Source: Nostoc sp.
GTDB lineage: Bacteria > Cyanobacteriota > Cyanobacteriia > Cyanobacteriales > Nostocaceae
Direction of reading: 5' to 3'
NCBI GenBank assembly: GCA_036918135.1
Contig: JBALDB010000060.1
Location: forward strand, 2,045 to 66,044
DNA: 64,000 nucleotides
Under the pieces are notes generated by a model. The model had not been told where the DNA came from. It saw only the letters and a program-made list of their open reading frames with translations, and did not search any database. Position numbers and translations under genes: made by a program. This document shows, piece after piece, positions 9,067 through 19,770 of this stretch. Positions within the stretch are counted from its first letter, which is position 1; each line of letters starts with the position of its first letter.

Positions 9067-10350
9067 ATGTCAATGGTTACTTTACCTGGATTAAAAGAAT
9101 TAATTGAAAGTATTAGTCGCGAGCGCAATTTACCTCGTCTTGCAGTTCAATCAGCTATCAGAGAAGCACTACTCAAAGGTTACGAACGTTACCGTCGCGC
9201 TCAAAATTTAGAACGCAGGCAGTTTGATGAAGATTATTTTGATAATTTTGAAGTAGAACTCGATATTGAAGGAGAAGGATTTCGCGTTCTTTCTACTAAA
9301 ACTATTGTCGAAGAAGTCAATAACACAGACCATCAAATTTCTCTAGACGAAGTTCAACTAGTAGCTCCAGAAGCGCAGTTAGGGGATTCCGTGGTGCTGG
9401 ATGTGACGCCCGATCAAGGTGAATTTGGTCGCATGGCTGCTATGCAAACCAAGCAAGTACTAGCGCAAAAACTTCGGGATCAACAGCGCCAAATGGTGCA
9501 AGAAGAGTTTCAAGACTTAGAAGGAACTGTCCTACAAGCAAGAGTCCTGCGGTTTGAACGTCAATCAGTAATTTTGGCAGTTAGCAGTGGCTTTGGTCAG
9601 CCAGAAGTGGAAGCTGAATTACCAAAGCGCGAACAGCTACCTAACGATAACTATCGGGCAAATGCCACTTTCAAGGTATATCTTAAAAAAGTTTCCCAAG
9701 GTCAGCAACGAGGACCGCAGTTACTAGTATCTAGAGCAGATGCTGGTTTAGTAGTTTATCTATTTGCTAATGAAGTACCAGAAATCGAAGACGAAGTAGT
9801 ACGGATTGTTGCCGTAGCTAGGGAGGCAAACCCCCCTTCCCGTTATGTAGGTCCCCGGACTAAAATAGCAGTAGATACTCTCGATCGCGATGTAGACCCA
9901 GTTGGTGCATGTATCGGAGCTCGGGGTTCGCGAATTCAAGTAGTAGTCAACGAATTACGTGGTGAAAAAATAGATGTAATTCGCTGGTCGCCAGACCCAG
10001 CAACATATATCGCTAATGCTTTGAGTCCGGCGCGGGTAGATGAAGTCCGCCTGATGGATCCAGAAACTCGCCAAACTCACGTACTAGTGGCTGAAGATCA
10101 ACTCAGCTTAGCTATTGGCAAGGAAGGACAAAATGTCCGTTTGGCAGCCCGCTTAACAGGCTGGAAAATTGATATCAAAGACAAAGCTAAGTACGACCAT
10201 GCAGGCGAAGATGCTAAATTTCTAGCTTCTAGAGCCAAATATCAAGCAGAGGAAGATGATATTGATGATTTTGAAGAATTAGATGCCGAAAATCAAGAGG
10301 AATTAGAAGAATTAGATGATGATACTTTTGAACCTGAGGATGATAAATAA
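9067..10350 (+). CDS. nusA: Transcription termination/antitermination factor NusA
   Basis: FGRMAAMQTKQV, S1 domain, DPVGACIGARGSRI, LSLAIGKEGQNVRLAARLTGWKIDI; SD AAAGGAG upstream of ATG 9067. Confidence 0.98.
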   Translation: MSMVTLPGLKELIESISRERNLPRLAVQSAIREALLKGYERYRRAQNLERRQFDEDYFDNFEVELDIEGEGFRVLSTKTIVEEVNNTDHQISLDEVQLVAPEAQLGDSVVLDVTPDQGEFGRMAAMQTKQVLAQKLRDQQRQMVQEEFQDLEGTVLQARVLRFERQSVILAVSSGFGQPEVEAELPKREQLPNDNYRANATFKVYLKKVSQGQQRGPQLLVSRADAGLVVYLFANEVPEIEDEVVRIVAVAREANPPSRYVGPRTKIAVDTLDRDVDPVGACIGARGSRIQVVVNELRGEKIDVIRWSPDPATYIANALSPARVDEVRLMDPETRQTHVLVAEDQLSLAIGKEGQNVRLAARLTGWKIDIKDKAKYDHAGEDAKFLASRAKYQAEEDDIDDFEELDAENQEELEELDDDTFEPEDDK

Positions 10351-10498
10351 TTTATTAAAATTGTAAAGTATTGTTAAAGTTGATTTGAGCCATAATCTCA
10401 AGGATTTTTCGTGGAGGACAGTTGGTATAAGTAAAAAATAGTAATAACTAACTTGTTTCTATACTTTAAATGCAGAACTGAGATCCTACACAAAACCA

Positions 10499-10768
10499 AT
10501 GAAACCAAATTATCGGCGCTGTATCAGCTGCCGCAAACTAGGTTTAAAAGATGAGTTTTGGCGGATTGTACGCGTCTTTCCATCGGGGAAGGTACAATTA
10601 GATCGGGGCATGGGGCGTTCTGCCTATATTTGTCCGCAAGCGAGTTGCCTACAAGCAGCTCAAAGGAAAAATCGACTAGGGCGATCGCTACATGCATCAG
10701 TGCCACAAACGCTGTACCAAAGCTTGTTGCAACGTCTAGATACCAGTAATACCCAAAATCAAATTTAA
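10499..10768 (+). CDS. ylxR: YlxR/DUF448 family RNA-binding protein
   Basis: RRCISCR and GRSAYIC motifs; canonical position between nusA and infB. Confidence 0.92.
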   Translation: MKPNYRRCISCRKLGLKDEFWRIVRVFPSGKVQLDRGMGRSAYICPQASCLQAAQRKNRLGRSLHASVPQTLYQSLLQRLDTSNTQNQI

Positions 10769-11272
10769 GTAGTTGGAACAACTTAGTAGCGTTATCAGCA
10801 GAGAAATTGTAGTAAAGCCGAACTACTCGTGCTTTTTTCATATCCTCTGTCGATCGTTAGGGTTAGTGCCAAAATAGTAAATGGGTGTAGAAAGCATTCG
10901 GCTCTTCGATAAAAAGAAGGGCAGGGCAATACTCCCAGAACAAAATGTACTCGATTGTGTTGTGGAAGACTCAGAATCAGCAAAACAAAAAACAGCAAAA
11001 CAAAAAACTACAAAATGGCAACCTGGTAGCGCTCAGGTGCAGTTCGGCGTCAAGGGTGACCATAAAAATCTTTTATTTAAAAAATTTTTATGGGTATCTC
11101 TCAACCATCATTCCTGGTGGGGATGCCATTATTAAACCGAAACATCTCTCTTTCCTGATTGGAGGCACCGGCAAAATCACCAAGGGCAACCTAAAAACAG
11201 TAATCAAAGGATGGAGATGTCGCACTCCCAGGCAGCCATCCGCTAAAACTGTAAATTAAAGGGGAAGAGTGG

Positions 11273-14200
11273 ATGAACAACGGCAAAGTTAGAATCTATG
11301 AATTATCAAAGGAATTGAATTTGGATAACAAAGAGCTACTAGCAATTTGCGACCAGCTCAACATTGCGGTCAAAAGCCATAGCAGCACGATTTCAGAATC
11401 CGAGGCAGAACAGATTCGCACTGCTGCACAAAAACTCGCAGCTACAAATGTAATGCCTAAAAAGGAACTAAGTACAACCGGTCAAAAACCAAATTCACAA
11501 GCAAACGGCGGACCTGCGCGACCTGCTGCACCCCACAAACAGCAAATTTTGGAAATACGTAAGCCCAAAATATTGAGAAACACTACTTCCAACGCCCCAG
11601 AGGCGTCAGTTGCTACCAATACACAAGCTGCTTTGTCTGAAGCTAATCCTCCCTCACCTCCACGGCCTTTCGCTACACCAGTCTCACCCATGAAGCCGAC
11701 GGCACCAATTCGACCTGTACCCCGGAATCAATCTGAGACCCCAGAGCAACCTGCTGTCAAAGACTTGGAACAAACGCATAGTCAAAATCAGCCACAGGAA
11801 AAAACAGTTGCCCAAAAACCAGAAAAAGTAATTCCACCCAGACCGAAATCGGAAAAACCTCAAAAACCGCAATTAGTTGCGCCACCAGCAAGACCTGCGG
11901 CGGAACAACCCCAGACCGAGCAGCAATCTCCGGCTGACAAACCGATTCTCAAACGCGAACGTCCACGGCCTACAGAAGGCGATCGCGACCATCAAATTAA
12001 GCCAAAAGTTGCTAAGCTGCCAACTGAGCAAACTCCACAAGCTGCACCACAAAAACAGCCTCGTCCCACCCCTTCACCTGTAAAACCGGAGCAAAGAGGG
12101 ACGACGAATAGACCATCAGCACCATCACCAATAGGTGATGGGCAACGACCTCGACCCGCACGTCCTGGTGAAGCCGTAGCAGCAGCAATGCCTATCGCTA
12201 CTCCACCAAGACACATGTCAACAACAGTAGCGAAATCTGAGGTATTAGGTGACGAACCAATCGCCCCCGATCTCCTCGATTTGAAACGCCCAACTCCGCC
12301 TCGACCAGCCAAAGGCGGTAAAAAGTGGGTAGAAGAAGAAATCATTGACGAAGTCAAAGAGAAAGCAGGTAAGGCCGGCGTTAAAGGCAAGCGGGTCAAG
12401 CCAATACTTCTGGATGATGAAGAATTTGAAGACGATTTGCTCGATGATGAGGATTTAGACGCACCAGCCACCGTCCAAGTTAGTCTTTCCATCGCTCGTC
12501 CCCCCAAACCTAAAGCGACTCGACCGACGACACAAGCTCCGGTAGCGACAGCTCTAGCTAGCGCTCCAACAGCAAGAACTAAAAAATCTAGTTCCAACCG
12601 CGACCAAAATCGTCGCCAAGAAGTCGAAACCAAGCGCGAGCGTCCGGAAAAAGTTGTGGTCACAGGGCCAATGACAGTCCAAGAATTAGCTGACCTCTTG
12701 GCCATTGCTGATACAGAGATTGTGAAAATCCTGTTCCTCAAAGGTATGGCAGTGAGTATCACGCAAAATCTTGATATTCCGACAATTACCCTGGTAGCAA
12801 AAGAACTAGAAGTAGAAGTCGAAACCGCCGAACCAGAAGCAGAAGCTCGCAAAGTTACGGAAATGGTCAGCGTCGAAGACCTAGAAAATCTCCATCGACG
12901 TCCGCCAGTAGTGACAATTATGGGTCACGTAGACCACGGTAAAACAACCCTGCTCGACTCGATTCGTAAGACCAAAGTAGCTGCGGGCGAAGCTGGTGGT
13001 ATTACTCAACATATCGGTGCATACCATGTGGATGTAATACATGAAGGAAACCCTCAGCAGATAGTGTTCCTAGATACTCCCGGCCACGAAGCGTTTACAG
13101 CTATGCGGGCACGAGGAGCGCGGGTAACAGATATTGCAGTGTTAGTAGTAGCTGCGGATGATGGCGTTCGTCCCCAAACCATTGAAGCAATTAGCCATGC
13201 TCAAGCAGCAGGAGTGCCAATTGTCGTCGCTATCAACAAAATTGACAAAGAAGCTGCACAGCCAGACCGGGTGAAACAAGAACTCACCCAGTATGGTCTA
13301 ACAGCAGAAGAATGGGGTGGTGACACAATCATGGTACCGGTGAGCGCCATCAAAGGCGAAAACCTAGATACGCTCTTAGAAATGATCCTCTTGGTAGCAG
13401 AGGTAGCAGAACTATCTGCTAACCCAGACCGGGCTGCTAGAGGAACCGTCATTGAAGCACATCTGGATAAAGCCAAGGGAGCAGTTGCTACTCTACTGAT
13501 TCAGAATGGCACCTTGCATGTAGGAGATATGCTAGTAGCCGGCTCCGCCTTTGGTAAGGTACGGGCAATGGTGAATGATAGAGGCGCAAGAGTTGATGTC
13601 GCCTCTCCATCCTTTGCGGTTGAGGTGTTGGGCTTAAGTGATGTCCCAGCAGCAGGCGATGAGTTCGAGGTCTTCGAGAACGAAAAAGAAGCCAGAAGCC
13701 TAGCAAGCGATCGCGCCGACAAACAACGCCTATCCCGCTTATTACAAGGACGTGTCACCCTCACAACCCTCTCGGCTCAAGCACAAGAAGGCGAGTTGAA
13801 AGAACTCAACCTGATCTTGAAAGGAGACGTGCAAGGTTCTGTGGAAGCCATTGTCGGAGCGCTCAAGCAAATCCCTCAAAACGAAGTCCAAATTCGGATG
13901 CTATTGGCTACTGCCGGCGAAATTACCGAAACAGATATCGATTTAGCATCTGCTAGTAACGCTGTGATTATTGGCTTCAACACTACCTTCGCTAGTGGTG
14001 CCAGACAAGCCGCTGACGAAGCAGGTGTAGATGTTCGGGAATACAACGTCATCTATAAACTCCTAGAAGATATCCAAGATGCTTTGGAAGGTCTTCTCGA
14101 ACCAGAGTTGGTAGAAGAACCCTTGGGTCAAACCGAAGTTCGTGCCGTCTTCCCAGTTGGTCGTGGTGCCGTTGCTGGTTGCTACGTTCAATCTGGCAAG

Positions 14201-14419
14201 CTGATTCGCAACTGCAAAGTACGAGTACGACGTGGCACTAAAGTGATCTATGAAGGCGTGCTTGACTCCTTAAAACGGATGAAAGAAGATGCCCGTGAGG
14301 TCAACGCCGGTTATGAATGTGGTGTCGGCATTGATAAATTCAATGATTGGGTTGAAGGTGACATCATCGAAGCCTACCAGATGGTTACCAAGCGCCGCAC
14401 TCTTACCTTAACGAGATAG
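11273..14419 (+). CDS. infB: Translation initiation factor IF-2
   Basis: [45 protein letters not shown] motifs; long Pro/Gln-rich cyanobacterial N-terminus. Confidence 0.99.
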   Translation: MNNGKVRIYELSKELNLDNKELLAICDQLNIAVKSHSSTISESEAEQIRTAAQKLAATNVMPKKELSTTGQKPNSQANGGPARPAAPHKQQILEIRKPKILRNTTSNAPEASVATNTQAALSEANPPSPPRPFATPVSPMKPTAPIRPVPRNQSETPEQPAVKDLEQTHSQNQPQEKTVAQKPEKVIPPRPKSEKPQKPQLVAPPARPAAEQPQTEQQSPADKPILKRERPRPTEGDRDHQIKPKVAKLPTEQTPQAAPQKQPRPTPSPVKPEQRGTTNRPSAPSPIGDGQRPRPARPGEAVAAAMPIATPPRHMSTTVAKSEVLGDEPIAPDLLDLKRPTPPRPAKGGKKWVEEEIIDEVKEKAGKAGVKGKRVKPILLDDEEFEDDLLDDEDLDAPATVQVSLSIARPPKPKATRPTTQAPVATALASAPTARTKKSSSNRDQNRRQEVETKRERPEKVVVTGPMTVQELADLLAIADTEIVKILFLKGMAVSITQNLDIPTITLVAKELEVEVETAEPEAEARKVTEMVSVEDLENLHRRPPVVTIMGHVDHGKTTLLDSIRKTKVAAGEAGGITQHIGAYHVDVIHEGNPQQIVFLDTPGHEAFTAMRARGARVTDIAVLVVAADDGVRPQTIEAISHAQAAGVPIVVAINKIDKEAAQPDRVKQELTQYGLTAEEWGGDTIMVPVSAIKGENLDTLLEMILLVAEVAELSANPDRAARGTVIEAHLDKAKGAVATLLIQNGTLHVGDMLVAGSAFGKVRAMVNDRGARVDVASPSFAVEVLGLSDVPAAGDEFEVFENEKEARSLASDRADKQRLSRLLQGRVTLTTLSAQAQEGELKELNLILKGDVQGSVEAIVGALKQIPQNEVQIRMLLATAGEITETDIDLASASNAVIIGFNTTFASGARQAADEAGVDVREYNVIYKLLEDIQDALEGLLEPELVEEPLGQTEVRAVFPVGRGAVAGCYVQSGKLIRNCKVRVRRGTKVIYEGVLDSLKRMKEDAREVNAGYECGVGIDKFNDWVEGDIIEAYQMVTKRRTLTLTR

Positions 14420-14435
14420 TGTTGGGGGTAAAATG

Positions 14436-14510
14436 GTTAGAAGTTAGGAGTTAAAAGTTATGAGTTAAAAGCTTCTAACTCCTAACTTTTAACTTTTGAC
14501 TCATAACTTT
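14436..14510. repeat. Inverted STRR tracts downstream of infB (hairpin, possible terminator)
   Basis: GTTAGGAGTTAAAAGTTATGAGTTAAAAG followed by TAACTCCTAACTTTTAACTTTTGACTCATAAC. Confidence 0.75.
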
Positions 14511-14515
14511 AATAT

Positions 14516-15151
14516 ATGGCTTCATTTCGCTCTGAACCAATTTTGTGGATTCACGTCGCTGGATTAGCGACGTTACCTGTTTTTTCAATACTCTGCTTAT
14601 TATTCCTATCTGTAGGCGAGCCGTTTTTGCCCGTTTGGATGGAACTACTCTTAGTAGCCACCATCGGTGTTGTGCCGCTGCTATGGATGCAGTTGCGTCG
14701 TCCCTTTTACATCTTTGGTCTTTTGGGAATAGCCTTAAAGCCAGAAAATTTGACTGAGCGGCAGCGAAAAATTCTTTGTTTAACTAATACAAAGTTAAAT
14801 CGTATCCTAGCCCTAATGACAGCAGTATTGTCGATTTGGGCGCTGTGGTATCTGTTTAAAATTGCCCCATTAGTAGCAAATACAGCTAAATTTTTACCAC
14901 AATGGCGTAGCCTCGGCTTGATACTAGCGGGGTTAACCTTTTTAGGCAGCAATCTATTTTTACAAATTCCCGTTAGTGTCATGCGAGTTTTAGTGACTAA
15001 TGACACAGAATTTGCAGCCCTAGAGCCGTTATCTTTAGAAAAGATTAAACAAGATTTTACAATTTTAGGCGTGCGAGTTAATCAAATGTTGCCCCGGTTG
15101 TTTGAATCTCTGTTCGCACGTAACATAGATTCGCAGCAGCCCCCAGAGTAA
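14516..15151 (+). CDS. Conserved cyanobacterial integral membrane protein
   Basis: Four hydrophobic helices; RSEPILWIH and RPFYIF motifs typical of a cyanobacterial family. Confidence 0.8.
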   Translation: MASFRSEPILWIHVAGLATLPVFSILCLLFLSVGEPFLPVWMELLLVATIGVVPLLWMQLRRPFYIFGLLGIALKPENLTERQRKILCLTNTKLNRILALMTAVLSIWALWYLFKIAPLVANTAKFLPQWRSLGLILAGLTFLGSNLFLQIPVSVMRVLVTNDTEFAALEPLSLEKIKQDFTILGVRVNQMLPRLFESLFARNIDSQQPPE

Positions 15152-15205
15152 ATATTGTTTTATGTCAAGAGGTTAGGAGCAGATTTTCTGATGTGGGGGA
15201 TGAGG

Positions 15206-15308
15206 AGATGTGGTTCGACTTGGCGGTGGTTAAGTTTCGACTTCGCAAAAATCGAGCCAAGTCGAGATTCGACTACCGCCAAGTCGAAACTCACCAACCG
15301 GGAGATGG
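15206..15308. repeat. Palindromic dispersed repeat with nested internal hairpin
   Basis: TTCGACTTGGCGGTGGT (15214-15230) pairs with ACTACCGCCAAGTCGAA (15272-15288); flanks shared with the shorter copy at 59295-59342. Confidence 0.8.
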
Positions 15309-15348
15309 GGAGAACGACTAATGACTAATAACTGAGGAATGAGAAATT

Positions 15349-15546
15349 ATGGCTCAAATTCCAGCTTATAGCGATCGCCAATTTTCTGATGATAGTAAAA
15401 TTTGGTACAACTTAAAATGTGCAATTTCTACTAGTTCAGGTTTTCAACGCTGGCAACTAGAACGCGATGTTCAATTACAGGGACTTCGTTTAGAACAACA
15501 GGTACAACGGTATTTACGAGAAACTTTAGAGACTTTAGCTTATTAA
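15349..15546 (+). CDS. Small conserved cyanobacterial protein
   Basis: 65 aa; LKCAISTSSGFQRW...VQRYLRETLETLAY resembles a widespread cyanobacterial small-protein family; GAGGA upstream. Confidence 0.8.
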   Translation: MAQIPAYSDRQFSDDSKIWYNLKCAISTSSGFQRWQLERDVQLQGLRLEQQVQRYLRETLETLAY

Positions 15547-16209
15547 ATACCAAATAAATATTGTCAGCGACGAAGTTGATGGTAAGCACTCTGCAAGCGA
15601 TCGCCATCAACTTCTACTTTGTAAATGAGATAATTTTCCATGATTTTTATCAGCAACAGTTGACCTCATCCCAGTTCTGTCTAAAGCCAAAACTTACGCT
15701 CCCCGCTTGCTTTTAGGGAATTACAGGGGTGGGGTAAAACGTTTGTCGTATAAACCTTTGAACTCAAGTTAACACATATGTACACCAGTACGCCCCTACA
15801 GCCGATTCATTTATCGTAAAGATTTTTACAACTGGTATAACAAACTACGCAGCGCTAAAAATTTACAATTTATTTCTCCTCGTTTTCAATAGCTTTGCTT
15901 TTGCTGCAATGATATCCTAGCGCAATTAGTTATGACATCCAGCTTTTAGTACTTGAGCCTAGACAAGGAATTTAATCCTTATCTAGTTGATTGAGATGGT
16001 AGCTAGATTTACACGCTGGCTGTACTAGTAAGATTTTCTGAATTAAACTATATAACTTATGTATAAGTTCTGTGATTTATCTCAGGAATTTAGCTGAATT
16101 AATGCTAATCATCCAGTATAGTTTTGCATGGGTTTTACAGCAGCTTACAAGACTGCTAGCTTTAACCTAGTTCGACACACTGTAATTCAGCACATCACAG
16201 ACCTAAAAA

Positions 16210-17904
16210 ATGAAATATCGGAGTTTTCATACTTCTCCAGCGAAAAATTTTCGCCTTCTTTCTAGCAGTTATCTCAGATATACTTTACGCATAGGAGCCG
16301 GACTAACGGCTTTATTGATTGTTTCTGGTGGGTCAATGTTACTACCTGGTGAGGTAAATGCTGGTGCTACTCACCTAGAAGGTATCGCACCGACTCTCAC
16401 AGCCCAAGTTCCCACGACTGCAACAGTAGTTTATGTTAATCCTGCATCTGGTACAGATTCTGCTGGTAGTGGAACAACAGCCAACGCTCCTTACAAAAGC
16501 ATAAGTTTTGCTCTCAGTCAAGCCCAATCAGGCACAATAATTCAACTTGCACCTGGGAATTATAACCAGGAAAGTGGGGAAACCTTTCCCATATTGCTCA
16601 AACCAGGGGTAACACTGCGGGGTGATGAATCTACTAGAGGTCAGGCTACATTAATTTCAGGTGGAGGTTTTTATACTAGTCGCACCTTTGCCAGACAGGA
16701 CATTGCTATCCTTGCCGAACAAGATACGACTATTACGGGCGTCACCGTTACCAACCCGAATCAACGAGGTACTGGTGTTTGGGTGGAATCAACGAATCCA
16801 ATTATCAAAAACAGTACTTTTACTAACAGTATTAGAGAAGGCGTTTTTGTTACTGGTACAGGTAACCCCAAAATTGAAAATAATCTCTTCGTACAAAATA
16901 AAGGCAATGGAGTTTCTGTTGCTAAATCTGCCCAAGGAGAAATCCGGGGTAACTTATTTCAGGATACTGGTTTTGGTCTAGCGATCGGTGGTACTTCTAC
17001 ACCCCTAATTGTAGAAAACCAAATTATCGAAAACCAAGACGGTCTTTTTATCTCAGAGTCAGCTAAGCCCGTGTTGCGTAAGAATGTCATTCAGAACAAT
17101 AAACGGGATGGTGTTGTAGCAACTGTTAGTGCTTTACCTGACCTTGGCACTAATGAAAATCCCGGTGGCAATCTGATTCGCAATAACACTCGTTATGATG
17201 TCAACAATGCTACTAAAACTGGTACAATTCTTGCTGTTGGCAACGATATCAATCAAAAACAAATTTTTGGTTCAGTAAATTTTGTTGCCGCAGTTGTTGA
17301 CGTACCCCCTGGAGGGGCTGTTGCTTTTAAAGATGTACCAGCAAATTACTGGGCAAAAGTTTACATCGAAGCCTTAGCTTCTCAAAATATTATTGCTGGG
17401 TTTCCGGATGGTACTTTTAAACCCAATGAACCAGTAACCCGCGCTCAATTTGCCACTATCATCACTAAAGCCCTGACACCACCAGTGAAACGCGCAGGTA
17501 CCCAGTTTAAGGATGTAGCTAGCAATTTCTGGGCTTATGCTGCAATTCAATCTGCTTACCGAAGTCAATTTGTCTCTGGTTATCCTGATGGTACTTTTAA
17601 GCCACAGCAGCAAATTCCAAGAGTGCAGGCGTTAGTTGCTTTAGCAAATGGTTTAGGCTTAACTGCCAATAATCAGAATGTCGTTTCCTTTTACACTGAT
17701 GCTAGCCAGATTCCTAATTATGCGATCGCTTCTGTTGCTGCTGCAACTGCACGGCAATTAGTAATCAATTATCCCACTGCCAAGCAACTCAATCCTAATC
17801 GTCAAGCCACTAGAGCCGAAGTTGCTGCCTTTGTCTACCAAGCACTCGTTAACGCTGGACGTGCCCAACCAATTCCTTCATCTTATTTGGTAACAGTTCA
17901 ATGA
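16210..17904 (+). CDS. DUF1565 beta-helix protein with three C-terminal SLH domains
   Basis: VYVNPASGTD..APYKSI..AL DUF1565 motif, parallel beta-helix repeats, SLH motifs (FKDVPANYWA..IIAGFPDGTFKPNEPVTRAQFA). Confidence 0.92.
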   Translation: MKYRSFHTSPAKNFRLLSSSYLRYTLRIGAGLTALLIVSGGSMLLPGEVNAGATHLEGIAPTLTAQVPTTATVVYVNPASGTDSAGSGTTANAPYKSISFALSQAQSGTIIQLAPGNYNQESGETFPILLKPGVTLRGDESTRGQATLISGGGFYTSRTFARQDIAILAEQDTTITGVTVTNPNQRGTGVWVESTNPIIKNSTFTNSIREGVFVTGTGNPKIENNLFVQNKGNGVSVAKSAQGEIRGNLFQDTGFGLAIGGTSTPLIVENQIIENQDGLFISESAKPVLRKNVIQNNKRDGVVATVSALPDLGTNENPGGNLIRNNTRYDVNNATKTGTILAVGNDINQKQIFGSVNFVAAVVDVPPGGAVAFKDVPANYWAKVYIEALASQNIIAGFPDGTFKPNEPVTRAQFATIITKALTPPVKRAGTQFKDVASNFWAYAAIQSAYRSQFVSGYPDGTFKPQQQIPRVQALVALANGLGLTANNQNVVSFYTDASQIPNYAIASVAAATARQLVINYPTAKQLNPNRQATRAEVAAFVYQALVNAGRAQPIPSSYLVTVQ

Positions 17905-17952
17905 AGAGTGCTAAGTTTTGATCGCGTAACTTTAAAGCCTAATTGATTAACC

Positions 17953-17989
17953 AAAGCGCCAGACTAACAAGTTATTAGTCTGGCGCTTT
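17953..17989 (+). terminator. Perfect 15-bp hairpin, probable intrinsic terminator
   Basis: AAAGCGCCAGACTAA-caagtta-TTAGTCTGGCGCTTT, 49 nt after the stop. Confidence 0.8.
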
Positions 17990-18036
17990 CAATATTCTGC
18001 CTTTGATTAAATTTCAGCGTTCTAAATATAAAATTT

Positions 18037-18110
18037 AGGGTCTAAAAAATAGCTGACCCCATTTGAATGCCGTTGGATTTATAATCAGGGTCTTTATATT
18101 GACTGACCCC
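18037..18110. repeat. Two GGGTC-N12-GACCC palindromes exactly 50 bp apart
   Basis: 18038-18059 and 18088-18109; flanks also similar (AGGGTCT...CTGACCCC(A/G)TTT). Confidence 0.85.
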
Positions 18111-18294
18111 GTTTTAACGATTTCCAGTTTCTCAGAAATTTTTGCTTTTTAAAATTTTATAATCTTTTTTTATTTTTTCTTTCCTAATATATTAATTTTT
18201 ATCAAAACATTAATATATGTTAAGAACATGAAGATTTTTCAAAAGCAAACTGCAAAAAGATTAATAGTTCATATTCCTTCAAAAATTGGCATTT

Positions 18295-18573
18295 TTAACG
18301 AGATTTAGGGCTTTCTTGCCGACGTTGCTCCCAGCGCCAGAGAAAAACCATCAGGGTAACGATTCCTATTTGCAAAGCCAAGTTAGGTAAAGCACTTTCA
18401 ACATCGCGTCCAGCAAGCACTCTAAAAAAAAAGATGAATGCCCCAATTAAACCAGAAGCACCAAAAGCAATATAGATAAATTGTCGAAAACCACGATAAG
18501 GAGCTGCAATTTCTGCTTTCAGACGACTATATTGTTCGGGGTTGAGGCGATTTTTGGGATTTTGATTTACCAT
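18295..18573 (-). CDS. DUF3493 family small membrane protein
   Basis: RLKAEIAAPYRGFRQFIY motif plus two TM helices. Confidence 0.85.
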   Translation of the reverse strand: MVNQNPKNRLNPEQYSRLKAEIAAPYRGFRQFIYIAFGASGLIGAFIFFFRVLAGRDVESALPNLALQIGIVTLMVFLWRWEQRRQESPKSR

Positions 18574-18606
18574 TAGTGAATCATGCTATAGTATTAGGTT
18601 GTGTAC

Positions 18607-18678
18607 GCCGATGTGGCTCAGTGGTAGAGCAGCTGATTCGTAATCAGCAGGCCACGGGTTCAAATCCCGTCATCGGCT
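18607..18678 (+). tRNA. tRNA-Thr (anticodon CGT)
   Basis: Acceptor GCCGATG/CATCGGC, D-arm GCTCAGTGGTAGAGC, anticodon arm GCTGA-TTCGTAA-TCAGC, T-arm GGGTTCAAATCCC; no encoded CCA. Confidence 0.97.
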
Positions 18679-18689
18679 TAGAAAAAGTA

Positions 18690-19733
18690 CTACTTCAATT
18701 CAGTTTCGCAAAAAGCTTTTAGTAAATCAATACAATTAGCGATCGCTCCTAAATGAGCAATTTCATAACCGTGGGTATTTTGGGTAGGAAATGCCAAACA
18801 AGCTGCACGCCCAACATGACCAAATTTCATCGCAATCGAAGCATCGCTGCCAAATTGGCTGAGAGTTGTTAACTGCACTGGTATCTGTAACTGCTTACCA
18901 CAATGGCGAATTTGTCTATTTAATCCTTCATCATATATCCCATAAGCATCTTGAGACAAAAGTACCGGACTTTCTCCATCTTTAACAGGGTATTCCTCAG
19001 ATAAAGGACAAATTTCTAAAGCAATCAAGGCATCTAAAGGCTGGTTTTGAGTAAAAAACAATGCCCCAATTGCCCCCACTTCTTCTTTTGCTGAAGCCAC
19101 CAGATAAACATCAACAACTGGCTGTTTGAGGTTTTCAGCTAACGCTAGCAAAATCGCAACAGAGGCTTTGTTATCTAAGGTGTAACTGGCAATATGATCC
19201 TTTAACCTAATTGGATGCTTGCGATGCTTACCAATCACCATTCTCGTTCCAGGTCGAATTCCGGCTGCTTCTAGTTCAGCCGTAGTAAGTTTGGTTTCAA
19301 TCCAGGCGTTTTCCCATTTGACGCTAGTATCTTCTTGTTGGACTTTTTGTGGAGATTCGTGGGAAACGTGACGAGAACCAAAGCTGAGAATCCCGCTAAT
19401 AGTTTGGTTGTCTCCGAGTAAATCTACTACGCCTTCACCGTAAACCCAAGGGAAAGAACCGCCAAGCTTGCGGACTTCCACGCGACCTTCATCACCGAGA
19501 CTTTTGACAATTCCGCCAATTTCATCTTTGTGAGCGGTGATGGCAATTGCTCTGTCTGAACTTTGCCCAGGAATTTTTGCAATAATATTGTCGGCGCGAT
19601 CGCACCAGACTTCTATGCCCAATGCCGTAAATCGTTGGATCAACAACTGGTTAATTTCGGCTTCTGCACCACTAGGAGAATGATGCATCACCAACTCTGT
19701 AATTATTTCAAATAAGCGATCGTAATCCCACAT
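18690..19733 (-). CDS. M42 family metallopeptidase
   Basis: AHKDEIG, LDNKAS, KEEVG, HGYE metal-ligand motifs; start placed at ATG 19733 (ORF track extends to 19757). Confidence 0.9.
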   Translation of the reverse strand: MWDYDRLFEIITELVMHHSPSGAEAEINQLLIQRFTALGIEVWCDRADNIIAKIPGQSSDRAIAITAHKDEIGGIVKSLGDEGRVEVRKLGGSFPWVYGEGVVDLLGDNQTISGILSFGSRHVSHESPQKVQQEDTSVKWENAWIETKLTTAELEAAGIRPGTRMVIGKHRKHPIRLKDHIASYTLDNKASVAILLALAENLKQPVVDVYLVASAKEEVGAIGALFFTQNQPLDALIALEICPLSEEYPVKDGESPVLLSQDAYGIYDEGLNRQIRHCGKQLQIPVQLTTLSQFGSDASIAMKFGHVGRAACLAFPTQNTHGYEIAHLGAIANCIDLLKAFCETELK

Positions 19734-19770
19734 CAATACAGTTAGTTTAATTTTCAACTGTTATATGAGA

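Noticed and set aside
10795-11259. Several short overlapping ORFs between ylxR and infB
   Set aside because: Mutually overlapping, low-complexity and without recognisable motifs; more simply a long infB leader.
11992-12852. 286-aa minus-strand ORF
   Set aside because: Antisense shadow of the GC-rich, Pro-rich part of infB.
18607-18678. tRNA-Thr as an integration site for a genomic island
   Set aside because: I saw no duplicate of its 3' end and no integrase in the window; the flanking genes are ordinary.
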